Assembly (NCBI GenBank): GCA_030390025.1
Contig: CM059433.1
Coordinates: 31,312,001 to 31,376,000 of the forward strand
DNA from: Squalus acanthias
Taxonomy: Eukaryota
Direction: 5' to 3'
DNA: 64,000 bases
Positions 38,997 through 51,569 of the stretch are shown here, in pieces. Within the stretch, counting starts at the first letter, position 1. Each line of letters opens with the position of its first letter. The notes below the pieces were generated by a model. The model was not told the origin of the DNA, searched no databases, and saw nothing but the letters and a program-made list of their open reading frames with translations. A program made the position numbers and the translations under genes.

Positions 38997-40325
38997 GGGG
39001 GTTATTTTGGTGAAAGGGTGAAAACAGGCGCTAAATGGGTACTGTGCTGATAAGACACGCCTGTTTGAACGCTTAGTTTTAGTGCACATTTCTGGTCCTA
39101 ATTGCTGATTAACATATTCTGAGCTTGCCTGGAGGTGCTAAACCAGGCACCTGCAAGTTTAGAAATAAAAACAGAAAATGCTGGAAATACTCAGCAGGTC
39201 AGGCAGCATCTGTGGTGAGAGAAACAGAGTTAATGTTTCAGGTCAATGACCCTTCGTCCAATGACCACTAGGACGAAGGGTCATCGACCTGAAACGTTAA
39301 CACTGTTTCTCTCACCACAGATGCTGCCTGACCTGCTGAGTATTTCCAGCATTTTCTGTTTTTATTTCAGATTTCCAGCATCCACAGTATTTTGCTTTTG
39401 TACCTGCAAGTTTAGCACTGCTTAGATGCAATTTTCGTGGAGCAGGATATTTGAGCTCCACACACCCACTTCCACAGAAGGTGTGGAGTGGACTGGCTGA
39501 CACAGTGGCAGGTTTCAGGATGGCTCAGGGACCGAGTGAGAGGGCGCACAGGTTCTCGGACACGGCCCTGGTGGAGAAGGTCCAGAGGAGGAGGGATTTC
39601 CTGTACCCACTTGGGAGGGTGCGGGGTGGGGGGGTGGTGGTGAAAGGAGTCCACCTCGCCCTCCTGTGCCTCTCTCCAGCAACAGCTGGTGCTGCTCTGT
39701 CTGACCTCCTGTCCTCCTCCCATTCCTCCTGCAGACCAAGGGGGACCCCTAGCAAGAAGCCAATGACCAAGCACTCCCTTTCTCCTGGTGGTTCCTAGAA
39801 GGTGTCCAATAAGGTAGAGTAGCACAGCACGCACTCTTTTTAGGTGAAGTCCTGAGAGAATTTCCTGAATAAATGTTGATAGAGTGCTGGTGAAATCGTG
39901 ACAAAGTGTCCCAGAAAGTCTCCCAATGTGTTTCAAAAGTCCTCTGCAAACCTTCAGCAGCAAGAGAACAGTAAAACGTGATATAACTTTAAGTAACGCT
40001 CAAAATCCTCTGCAACGACGAGTTTACTCCCAATTAGCTGATTGCTGTTAGGAGAGGGCTTTAGGTCAACTGCTAGCCACCAAAATATCGTGCAGCCTCA
40101 TTAATGACCACTAGCAGGCAATTTAAGTGGCGATCAGCTGCTTAATGATCCTCCGGGGAGCCGTTCCTAACACAAGCTTCAACTCCTTTACCAAGATGGC
40201 GTCTTGCGCAAAACACTGGCTAAACTGGTGTTTCAGTTCAAGACGCCACCTTGGCCACTTTGGAGGCTCTTTAGTGCCTAAAGTATCCGGGGGGGGGGGG
40301 CGGAGGAAAACCCAAAATCGCTCCC
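38997..40325. mobile_element. Internally deleted Harbinger
   Basis: TIR GGGGGTTATTTTGG / CCAAAATCGCTCCC and TSD AGT. It retains a Myb start (MAQGPSERAHRFSDTALVEKVQRRRDFLYP, +) and a probable transposase start (-). Confidence 0.75.
39163..39401. mobile_element. Short hairpin-shaped Penelope family A insertion
   Basis: 97-bp inverted arms and a perfect 14-bp TSD ACCTGCAAGTTTAG. Confidence 0.9.
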
Positions 40326-40355
40326 AGTGAATCTGGCAAGTTTACTTAGGGGATA

Positions 40356-40592
40356 ACATAAGAACATAAGAACATAAGAAATAGGAGCAGGAGTAGACCA
40401 ATCGGCCCCTCGAGCCTGCTCCGCCATTCAATGAGATCATGGCTGATCTGATCCAACCTCAACTCTAAAGAACACAAGAAGTAGGAGCAGGACCAGGCCA
40501 CTCGGCCCCTGGGCCCGCTCTGCCACCCACAGGCCTTGACCGATCCGAACTCAAACTCATGTCCAATTTCCAGCCCGCTCGCCGTAACCCCT
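40356..40592 (-). mobile_element. CR1 3' end with doubled tail
   Basis: (ACATAAGA)3 followed by two successive CR1-tail-like units. Confidence 0.75.
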
Positions 40593-41017
40593 ATGCCACT
40601 GGCTGGATGAAACCTGTGTGTTGGTGGCCCACGGCCATCGCAGCCTGCTAAACACAAAACAAAGGCAGCTTTAACAAAGATAGTTGGATACTTGTGAATC
40701 CCCCAGTTCCTTCCCCCCACCAAGCTCTGGGATTCCCTCCCTAAACCTCTTTACTTCTCTCTCCTCCTTTAAGGTGCTTCTTCAAACCTACCTCTTTGAC
40801 CAAGCTGTCCTATTGTCTCCTTGTTTGGCTCGGTGTCAATTTTTGTTTGATTATGTTCCTGCAAAGCCCCTTGGGACGTTTAACTATGTGAAAGGCACTA
40901 TATAAATGCAAGTCATTGTTGTTTACTCTTAACCCAGTTCCTGGGGGAATGTGGGTCCATGGCATAAAACTGCCCAAAAGTCAACACTAATTAATAACAA
41001 GGGACAGAATGCCTGTT

Positions 41018-41420
41018 CTGTCAGCTTGGCTCAGTTGGTAGCATTCTTGCCTGTAACTCAGAAGGTCATGGCTTCAAGCCCAGCTATGGACTTGAGCACA
41101 TAATCGAGTCTGATGCTTTAGTGCAGTACTGAGGGAGTCAGCGTTGCTGTCTTTTGGACAAGCTTGTTTAGGTGATTTAAAGGATAATAGCATGATTCGA
41201 AGATCAGTGGGTTCTCCCATTGTTCTAGTCCTCCCTCACTAAGAACAGATTATCTGGTCATTCATTCATTTGTTGTTTCTGGCACCTTACTGTGTGCAAG
41301 TCATATGTGCATACATCACAACCGTGACCGCACTTTAAAACTAATCCATTGGTTGTAAAGCACCTTAGGTTGTCCTGAGGATGGGGTGAGGTGCTAGAAA
41401 AGTGCAAGTTTGTTTTGTTC
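41018..41420 (+). mobile_element. Diverged SacSINE1-like copy
   Basis: Head TGTCAGCTTGGCTCAGTTGGTAG with degenerate core and tail. Confidence 0.75.
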
Positions 41421-42329
41421 ATTCTTTGCATTATTTTTAATGAATTGATTATGAGTTAATGACTTTGATAGGATGGTGAACAGAGGAATTGCATTTAAAA
41501 GTCTAACCAATTAGATAAAAATATTGGAGAGGAAATTCTACCTCAACATTAGCAATCTCACTCAAAGAGGCCACTAGGATGGTTAGTGTTGGAAGTGGAA
41601 GTGTTACGCTGGTGAGGTTTGGGTTAAGGCGCAATATGGGGTGGAATAGAGGGAGCTTTATTCTGCCATGCTACACCTAACTAAGGAGTCTTTTGTGTTA
41701 CCACCAAGTGCAAGGTGCAGAATAAAATATCCCATTCTCCAGCAACAGTAACACGTATGCTGATGAACACATGTGTTCACAAAACAGAGATAAAATGCAA
41801 TCATGGTGTTTGTTGAGGTGTAAAATTATTTTGTGGAAATTAATGTTGCGCAAGAAAATCCAGCAAGGAATCCTGCCCATTCCATTCAAATGGAAAAAAT
41901 ACAGGTTAACTCACCAAAGCCAGAATATTATACTCATTGAAATTACAAAATATCGCCTTCTCATTATCTCAGAATATTTTCCCTCAAGTTTATAAACAGA
42001 GGCTCAGGGAAAGGACACAATCCCATGTTAGCAGCTTGTATAATACAAGGCTTGGCCACATGACAGAAATGATTACACTTTACATTCTACTATTAGTTCA
42101 AAAGTTGCTTGATTCAAATTAAACAACTTTCAAGTTTTTTTATAGCACTAAAGTTCTACTTGGCTGCTTTCTTTACATTGCTTAATTCAAATGTTGGATG
42201 ATTCATTTTTAGTGCAAAGAAGGACTTTAATTATCAGGAGCAGACTGTATTTACACAATTTTTACATTCCTTACCATCAGAATGGTCCAAAATTCAATGT
42301 CAAGTCAATGTTTGCAATTGAGAGGTAAG

Positions 42330-42758
42330 AAAAAAAAACTTGCATTTCTACAGCATCTTTCATAACCTCAGGATGTCCCAAAGCCCTTTACAGCCAATTA
42401 AGTACTTTTGAAGTGTAGCCACTGTTTTAATGTAGGAAGCACGGCAGACAATTTGCGCACAGCAAGTTTCCACAAATAGCAATGTGATTATGAACAGATA
42501 ATCTGTTTTAGTGATGTTGGTTGAGGGATAAATATTGGGCAGGACACAGGGGAGAAATCCCCTGCTCTTCTTCAAAATAGTGCCATGGGATCATTTATAT
42601 CCACCTGAGGGCAGACGGGTCCTCGGTTTAACATCTCACCTGTAAGATGGCACCTCCAACAGTGCAGCACTCCCTCAATACTGCACTGGAGTGTCAGCCT
42701 AGATTATGTGCTTAAGTCTCTGGAGTGGGTCTTGAACCCACAACCTTCTGACTCAGCC
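42330..42758 (-). mobile_element. SacSINE1-like DeuSINE
   Basis: Reverse complement of the 18168 copy. Confidence 0.88.
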
Positions 42759-42944
42759 ACCAATAACACTGGGTACATCTTCTGATGTCTGTAAAGCAGG
42801 AGTCAGCAACACAAGTTCTAACTACACAACTGCAGAACACTGCAATAGGGGTCTCTGTAAAAGAAGCCTGTGACAGACCTACAAAACTGCACAGCAAAGC
42901 AGACAAAAGATTCAGTATGGTTAACAACCTTTCTCCCTGCTTAC

Positions 42945-43049
42945 CATAAAGGCAGATGCACTCAAACCGATTGATCAGGTCAACGCAGGTCCCACCATGC
43001 AAGCAAGGTTCAGAGTAGCACTCATCTATGTTCACAGAGCACATTGTCC
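42945..43049 (-). CDS. Internal exon encoding a calcium-binding EGF-like module of a large EGF-repeat gene (EYS/CRB/Notch-like; identity unresolved)
   Basis: Acceptor TCTTATTTTCTTTCTTTATAG|GG and donor TATG|GTAAG; 105 nt, phase 1/1. It encodes (G)TMCSVNIDECYSEPCLHGGTCVDLINRFECICLY(G) with canonical cbEGF spacing. Confidence 0.92.
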
Positions 43050-44884
43050 CTATAAAGAAAGAAAATAAGACATGGTCACTAGGATCTATTCAAGATGAAT
43101 GGAAAGTTGCACCGTAAAGTGTATTGGGCCCATAAATGCATTGTGGTTCCAGAGGTTGTCCAGTGATCTGCGTAAGTATCCCCAGACACAGTGCAGTGCA
43201 ATAATGCTTTTCTAGTGTCAACTTTTGTGCAAGAAATCTATTGTTTTGTTTAAAAATAGAAACTTAAACTGAACCATGGTGTCAGTAACGTTAAGTGGCA
43301 GCAGAGGGGAGCTCGCAACACTGCTTTCACCTCTCATGGAGAACTACGTGAGCACAATGCTATCTGCAAACATCATTCTGCCTGGGGCAAGACTGATTTT
43401 GACTGCTCTCTCGTACTCCAATTGTTCATTAATGGGCGTGAATGGAAGAATGTGCTGGAAAGTCATTCTGCGAAATAGGTAAAGGACCCCCATGCACGCA
43501 AGCAGGCCAATTCCACACAGTTAGCCATGACGTGAGCTTCCTGTTAATCAGATGTACTAATCAATTCGTACAGCCTCGTATTTTTGAACTATTAATTTCC
43601 ACTGATAATTGCAGAACATTTGAAGTGGAACAATCAACCCAGCACATCTAAATCATTTCACCATAAAAGATTACAATAAAGCAGATCATAGGGTACAGCA
43701 TTATATAAAATGAATATTTACAACTGCATGATTTGGATTCAATTCAATCAGGTACTCGATGTAAATGAAGCATGTGTTAGCCAAACTTCAGGAGTGACCT
43801 TTCACCCGAGTGGCTCTAGCCTGTGCATTGAGAGGGGGAGGGTTTAACGAACATCTCCATGAGTAGTGACTAGAATGTTATTCTAGTTATATGCAAGAGG
43901 TAATTTTCTGGGTTTGATATTCCTGCCAGGGAGCTGTGCCTGCTGAGAGAACACACAGAAACCTTGTCGTGCACGGAGCATGCCTGAATTTTTGATCTGC
44001 TCCTCCAGCAGGTGAGGCTCCCTGCCGGGTGTGCACAGTTGGACATTTACCTCTGTATTGACCACTTGGAATATTGTTGCACGGTGACAGAGATCCGACC
44101 CTATTCTTAAAGGCTCTGCCACCAATGGTGAAGAGGGAGACAAGGAGTAGATCATAATCCAAGGAGCAGAGGGTGGAAGCAGATTTGTTGGGGTTCAGAA
44201 GGTTGCAGGGTTAGTGCAACCAGACCAGGCCCTGGAGGGAACTGTAGACAAGGACAACTAGGGATGGGCAATAAATGCCGGCATTGCCAGTGACTCCCAC
44301 ATCCCAGGAACGAATAAAAAAAACATAATTTTAAAAGTGGCAGCCAAAAGGCCCTGTTCACTGGCTAAAGTTGATGCACTGAAATGAATGTGCTCCGACA
44401 CAAGCTTGTATTTTAATGGCCGTGTTACACTTAAAGTAGTAAAGACAACGGGGGAACCAGATAGTTTGAAGAGGCACTCATTAATTTTCATCAGTTGAAT
44501 TTGATTTCTAGGAGCCCTTAATATAATCTATATCCCACTTAAAGTGTTGAAAATAACTCATCTATCATTTTACTGCTCATGTGTTATAAGTTCATCCATC
44601 TTGTTGGATACCAATTGCATCCCACTGTTCCTCATTGTATTCTCAATTTTGTAGAGGGAAAACAAAAAGTATTCTCATATCCAATTTTGCTCTCGGCTTG
44701 TACACTATAAAAGCCAAATTATTCCGTTCAGGATTTTAAAGCTGTGGATACTGCACATCCTTACATTTCTTTTCTGTAGCGACCCAATGTTTCATTGTAC
44801 CCACAAACTTTTACAACTGGAGAGGTTGAGGAATAATTCTCCTCCTTCTTTTCTGGGTCTTCGTTATACTTTATAAGATGTTTA

Positions 44885-45256
44885 GGGGGAAAAATTCAGT
44901 GGCGCCCCCTTTGGGACGGTAACGTCACCGGGCCGCTAATTTTAGCGCACCGAAAAAGATAGCACCCCGTGCCTTAAATTCAGTAGTAGCGCCCCAAGCA
45001 GGAGGCGGGGCGCTACTGGAAGCGCACGCCCTCCTTCTTGTGGTGCTACCAGTGAATTTCGCGGCGCTACGTGCAACAGTGCCACGCGTGTCGGCATGTA
45101 GCGCTGCATCATTGCAGGCCCCCGTCCCCTGATTAAAGGGGAAGGGCCTAGCGCTGCGCGCACTGGGGCCCTGCTGGACCACTGGGGAGCGGGGTCCCAG
45201 GAAAACAGCCCCCGGGGGCACTAACGGGAGGTGCAAAGCAAACCAATTTTTCCCCC
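44885..45256. mobile_element. Harbinger-type MITE
   Basis: TIR GGGGGAAAAATT / AATTTTTCCCCC with TTA/TCA flanks. The left end matches the 24291 element. Confidence 0.85.
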
Positions 45257-47104
45257 TCAGAATTATGTAGACCAATCAGGCAACACAATCTATTTTGACG
45301 TACAAGAAGGAATTTTAACTCTCTCTCTGCCCGGCGAAACTGGGAAGTGAGGTAGTTAAAACCTTCCTGCTCTATTTACCACTCTATTCCCGGCTGAGGT
45401 GCCCGCTTGAATCAGGCGGAGGTTCATTAATTTATGCTAATGACGTACATAGGACCCACTTTGGTATTTTGATACTGAGCATGGTGCGACTGCCCCTGAT
45501 GCCTCGCTCACTGAAACCTGTCGGATAGCAGTTAAGTTAAAGTTAAAGCAGTTAAGATTCAAACTTATCTTTGTGGGGGTGGGAGGCTTGCTCCTGTGGG
45601 CCCCACAAGGAAAGTCTAGGCCTCTCCTGTCCCGGCTCCTCCCCTTACCACCCACAATTGGGAATCGAGCCTGGGATGTTCTGGTCTGTATGACTCGGGT
45701 ACTCACTGAATAAACATGGGACAGGCCATTTGATTAGTCTTGTTGAAACACCATTCGTCGATTGGCTATTCAATGACTGGGTTTCTTGTACCCTCTATTG
45801 TGTACAGATTTCATGGTTCCTTGCTTTCTGTGCATTTTATCATAGTTTTATATATATAGAATTATATACAAATTACAGCACAGAAACAGGCTACTCGGTC
45901 CAACTGGTCTATGCAGTTGTTTATGCTTCACACGAGCCTCCTCCCACCCTTCTTTATCTGACCCAATTAATGAATTACAATTAGTTTGCATGCCTTTCAG
46001 CATTGACCTTCCCCAGTCCTGCTCCAAGTAGACACAAACGCTTCAGCACAAGAATGGTGATATACTAAAATATTCTTGGTCACCATTGACTGCCATCTAC
46101 GTGCTGTGTACATATAATGTCCTCTAAACTCTAAATTCCTCATCTGGAAGAACAAGACTAAAAGAGTGAAACTGTAGATTTATCTAGCCTGGGACCAACC
46201 ATGACTGATACTCTCAAAGGGGATTAAATGTAAGCCATCCATTATCTCTGTCAGAGAAGGCAGACTGGAAAACTGGCCTTTGTCACATTTTCTCTTGACA
46301 GAACCTACTTAGCAAAAATATCCCAAGTGCCTTCTATTCTCAATTATTTTTATTTTTTATGAAGAATATTCCTGTGGCTAGAACTGAGTTTGCTGGTGCG
46401 AGGAAGAAGCCTTGGCCATTTTCTCAATGAGGGGCATCTTCAGTGGAACAGTTCCAGCCCCCCACCCCCATAACAAAATCTGAGTTCAAGGAGTGGTATC
46501 TCCCTTCAAATGTGCAATTCCGGCACTGAGAATTGAATGATTTAATGAATCCTAACCTTACATTGCCACATTGCCATTACTTGCAAGCATGAATAGAGCA
46601 GATGAGGCGACACTTTGGCTGACTACGAGCCAGTGCAATCTCTACTGGATTTTCTTCTTTAGCTACACAGGAGTCTACGGAACAAGCACAATGCGCATAT
46701 ATCCTTTATAGATAAAATGGAAGAAATCACAGTAAGGTCAGTGAGACCAGGCACACTAAAGCCCTCTGGTAGGTGGTAGGAGTGAAAATCTGTTTTAGTC
46801 CTAGTCAACAAGAATACTAAAATTATCGAGGACTTTTTGTTTTAGGGTTTGTGCGATAGGGTGTTTCTCTAAAGGATGGCACAAAGTGTCCTCATCCTCT
46901 TTTTCAATCTCTTCCCCCCCGCCCACCTGTCAAACTCAGGTGTTCAATGTCCCCTGGGGCATCAGAGACTGGCGCTCAGGGGATGGAGCGCAATTAGCCT
47001 TCTGCACTCGGGACAGAAACTCTGAACCTAGAAGATACCAACACAGAGAGCTCAGAGGAGGCAAAACCTTCCACCTGAAGTAACCTGTGCAAGGAAGAAA
47101 ATAA

Positions 47105-47535
47105 ACACTTGCCTTTTTATATAGCGCCTTTCACAATCTCAGAACATCCCAAAGCACTTTACAGCCAATGAAGTACTTTCTGAAGTGTAATCATTGTTGT
47201 ATGTAGGAAACGCAACAGTCAATTTGTGCACAGCAAGCTCCCACAAACAGCAATGAGCTAATAACCAGATCATCTGTTTTACTGGTGTTGGTTGAGGGAT
47301 AAATATTGGCCAGGATACTGGGGAGAACACCCCTTTCTCTTCTTCGAACTAGTGCCATGGGATCTTCCATGCCCACCTGAGAGGGAAGACGGAGGACAGT
47401 ACCTTTGACAGTGCAGCACTCTCTGAGTAAAAGCTGAGTGTCAGCTTGGAATTTGTGCTTAAGTTTCTAGAGTGGGACTTGAACCCACAACCTTCTAACC
47501 AGATGCGAGTGGGCTACCCACTGAGCCACGGCTGG
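47105..47535 (-). mobile_element. SacSINE1-like DeuSINE
   Basis: Colinear reverse complement of the plus-strand copies. Confidence 0.85.
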
Positions 47536-47819
47536 GGAGCAGTACCAGAAAGGAAAAAGGGAACAGCTATAGCTTCCTATGCATTTGGTGTTAGCATGGT
47601 CTTCATGTGAAAGCTCTACACACTGGTCAAGACACTGTCTACATAGGTTGTGGAAAAAACAGTGGCACAAGCCATTTATTTTTGGTGTGTTATGTGCCAC
47701 CAGAATACCTTTCTCCCCCTCCTCTTTCTCTCTCTGACTCTTTACTAGGTTTTAGTTCAATGGACCATGGCAACCTTTCAGGATCTCACCCAAGAAAGGA
47801 AGTGAATCTTAGCAAGCTG

Positions 47820-49022
47820 CATAATTATGAGGAGCTGGGATTGTTCTCCTTAGAGCAGAGAAGGTTAAGGGGAAATTTAATAGCGGTGTTCAAAATTCTG
47901 AAGGGTTTTGATAGAGTGTAAGATTCTAAAAACTGTAATAAAACTGCTGCTACCGTGTGGAGATCGAAGTTCAGAATGAATTGTGAAATGGTTACGGATG
48001 GACTCAAAATGTAGGAAGTCAGCATGTGTTCTTTGTTTGTGAAGACACAAAATGGCGGAAATCAGCAGGGGGTCTTTTGCCTGGTGGTCAGCATATGCTC
48101 CTTTGTTTGTGAGATCCACATGGACAGGAAGGAGACACCAAGTGAAGAGGAAGTCCCGCCCCCACACACATCACAGGAACATGAATGTGTCATGCAGAAG
48201 GAACTCCAATCAGGGAAGGTTTGGAGCAAAACTGACCTATCAGAGGGAGGCAGATGGTGTTATACAAGGGAGGCCAGCAGAAAGGCCTGAAAAGAGATGA
48301 CCCAGAGGTGGGAAATTCAGAAAGAAGGAAGCAGAGGAAGGAAGGAGAAACAAAGAAAGCTGGCCAGTCTATGTTTGCGACTTATGACTTTTCTGGACTG
48401 ATCACCCAGAGATAAAGGAGTATGTATGAAAGTCGGACAAAGAGCTTAGATATTGTTAAAGGGTACTTTTATGTACAGTTGACTTGGGATATAAATCGCC
48501 AGGAGTTAACGTCTAAGTTGCTGGGGAATACCATTTATGTACGATAAATTGGGGGCATATTGATTGCGATGTACACTTGAATTTTGAACTGTAGTGTGAA
48601 TAAAGACCAGTTTTATTGATCACATACTTATCTGTCATTGTTACACTTATTCGTAATTCTCGAGGTCCGAACAGTAGTGAGAGAAAGACTTACAAGTGTA
48701 AATAAGGAGAAACTGTTTCCACTGGCTGGAGGGTCAGTAGCCAGAGGACACAGATTTAAGATAACTAGCAAAAGAGCCAGAGAGGAGATGTGAAACTTTT
48801 TATACAGCGAGTTGTTGTGATCTGGAATGCACTGCTTGAAAGGGTGGCGGAAGCAGATTCCACAGTAATTTTCAAAAGGGAATTGGATATATACTGGAAA
48901 AGGAAAAAAATTGCAGAACTTTGCAGGAAAAGAGCAGGGGAGTGGGATTGGATAACTCTTTCAAAGAACCTGCACAGGCACGATGGGTTGAATGGCCTCT
49001 TGCTGTGCTGTATGATTCTATG
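47820..49022 (+). mobile_element. CR1 3' fragment split by a solo LTR
   Basis: YEELGLFSLEQRRLRGNLIAVFKILKGFDR stops at 47916 and resumes near 48699. Confidence 0.85.
47917..48694 (+). mobile_element. Solo LTR (778 bp)
   Basis: TGTAAG..CTTACA termini, 4-bp TSD AGAG/AGTG and AATAAA at 48599. It cleanly interrupts a CR1. Confidence 0.8.
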
Positions 49023-50076
49023 AGCATCACAGCCAATCCTGATCCTGTCCTGACCTCAGGCCCGCACACACATACATTTTACAAAAGATGTCGCTGGAGA
49101 AGCAGGATCTCCAACTGATTGTCCCCTCCACAGTCCAAGGTATTGAGGACAACCAGAGATGGGCAGCAAATGTGGCCTTGCCAGCGACACACTGAGATCA
49201 AATATTTTTTTTTAAAAGTCTATTACCATCCGTGTTAAGATCATCTAAGTCAGCACCAACATACCCTGTTCAAAAGGTATTTGGTGGCCCCTTTTGTAAG
49301 ATATGGTAATAAAATAGTGCTTTTGTTCCCTTTCAGAAGCTGAATTTACTAACCTTTTAAACTTTCTGATAGTTTCCAGTGTTTCAAATCACAGATGTCC
49401 CACAAAATAAGCATGCCTTTCAGTACAGTGTTCCATTGCACTAACAAAATTTTATTGAACTACTCAACGCCGAAACATTTCACAAACTGATTTGGAATCT
49501 CCATTGGGTCATACCTTGGTTGAAATAACATAAAATGTTATTTTGATTTCTTGGACTTCCAGCCAATGAAAGCATAACAAAAAACATCTGTATACAGAGT
49601 CATAGCTGGAAGGCGAGTGTCAAATGGTTCACTTCATTTCTGTAGATCCCTACTAGAGTAATGTACAGGTATGTTCTGACAATTCAATCAAACCTTTTTT
49701 AGATTTAGAAGAGAATGGCATTGGAACCATCTACATACGTTATATTTCAGAGTTCTATTGAGAGTTGATATGTGTCGGGGGACTGGGGAGAGGTTAATGT
49801 TATACCCATATTAAAAGAGAAGATCGAGCTAACCCAGGTAATTACAAGTTAAACATCTGTGGTAGGTAACATTTTGAAATCTTGAATTATAGATGAAATC
49901 ACTAAATATCAAGAGGAACAGAATATAATTGAAGCAGTCGACATGGTTTTCAGTTCGGAAGATTATGTTTGACAGATCTGATACAGTTCTTTGAAGAGGT
50001 GACAGATGTGGTGAATGGGAGTAGATGTGGTCCACGTGGACTTTCAGGAAGCCTGTGACAAAGTATGGAAAAGGTT

Positions 50077-50185
50077 AAAAATAAAAACATAAAATGCTGT
50101 AAAACACTCGGCAGGTCAGGCAGCAGCTGTGGAGAGAGAAGCAGTTAACGTTTGAGGTCGATGACCTTTCATCAGAACTGGAGAA
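50077..50185 (-). mobile_element. Penelope family A 3'-end fragment with hammerhead-like motif, inside a CR1 remnant
   Basis: Minus strand reads CCAGTT-CTGATGA-AAGGTCATCGACCT-CAAACGTT-AACTG. Confidence 0.8.
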
Positions 50186-50399
50186 GGTTAGTTTGGAATA
50201 CCATTTTAAATTAAATTGTGGGAATAGGCCAAGGGGACACAGGCTCAAACTCATACAAGATAACCTCAGGACTGATGTCAGGTGGTTTTCTTCATGCAGA
50301 GAGTGATCAGCAATTCTCATGGACATGGTAGATGGCTTTCATTTAAGGAACAATTAGATGCAGCAATGGTGAGGCTGTAGGATTGTTCTGGATGGATCA

Positions 50400-51295
50400 T
50401 AAAATGATACAGCACAGAAGGAGGCCATTCGGCCCATTGTGCCTGTGCCGGCTCTTTGAAAGAGCTATCCAATTAGTCCCACTCCCCTGCTCTTTACCGA
50501 TAGCCCTGCAAATGTTTCCCCTTTAGATATTTCCCCAATTCCCTTTTGAAAGTTATTATTGAATCTGCCTCCACCACCCTTTCAGGCAGTGCATTCCAGA
50601 TCATAACAACTCGCTGTGTAATTTCTTTTTCCCTGGTCAATTCTTTTGCCAATCAACTTAAATCTGTGTCCTCTGGTTACCAACCATTCTGCGAGTAGAA
50701 ACAGTTCTCCTTATTTATTCTATCGAAACACTTCATAATTGTGAACACCTCTATCAAATCTCCCTTTTGCTGCTCTAAGGAGAACAACCCCAGTTTCTCT
50801 CGTCTGTCAACGTAACTGAAGTCTTTCATCCTTAGTACCATTCTAGTAAATCTCCTCTTGACATCCTTCCTAAAGTGCGGTGCCCAGAATTGGCCACAAT
50901 ACTCCTCACCAATGTTTTATAAAAGTTTAGCATAACTTCCTTGCTTTAGTACTCTATGCCTCTATTTATAAAGCCAAGGATCCTGTATACATTTTTAACA
51001 GCCTTCTCAACTTGTCCTGCCACCTTCAAAGACTTATGTATGTATATCCCCAGGTCTCTGTTCCTGTACCCTCTTTAAAATTGTACCATTTAGTTTATAA
51101 TTGTCTTTCTTATTCTTCCTACAAAATAAATCACTTCACACTTCTCTGCATTAAATTTCTTCTATATGTCTGCCCATTTCACTGGTCTAAGTCCTTCTGA
51201 AATCCGTTACAATCCTCCTCACTGTTTACTATATTTCCGAGTTTCCTGTCATCTGCAGACTTTGAAATTATGCCCTGTATACTCAAGTCCAGGTT
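50400..51295 (-). mobile_element. CR1 LINE 3' fragment
   Basis: Reverse complement of the CR1 ORF2 end and 3' UTR. Confidence 0.88.
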
Positions 51296-51569
51296 GTAAA
51301 TTAAGAAGAATTAAGATGGGCTGAATGGCCTTCCTCATCCGTAAGTATCTTAAAAAATTCTCATATTTTGAATTACAGTGTAGGTAAACAATAGCAAGAT
51401 TCCTCAAACATCAGTTAGTTGATTTGTGACACTGATTGCTTTTCTTCATAAAAATGCAACAAACCACTGGAACTCTTTGACAAGCACTCAGTTTAATGTC
51501 TCATATGAAGGACAGCACTTCCAAGAATGAGGCAGTTTCTCGGTACTGCACTAAAGTATCAGCCAAGGT

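Noticed and set aside
40925..41000. LF-SINE-like fragment
   Set aside because: The resemblance is short and weak by eye.
42712..42944. Hydrophobic extension of the EGF ORF resembling a transmembrane segment
   Set aside because: It lies beyond a strong GTAAG donor and runs into a SINE, so it is intron read-through.
43883..44162. Two overlapping Cys-containing ORFs near the EGF exon
   Set aside because: No EGF or lectin cysteine spacing and no convincing splice sites.
44400..44491. KINEC motif suggesting another EGF exon
   Set aside because: The following cysteines are absent.
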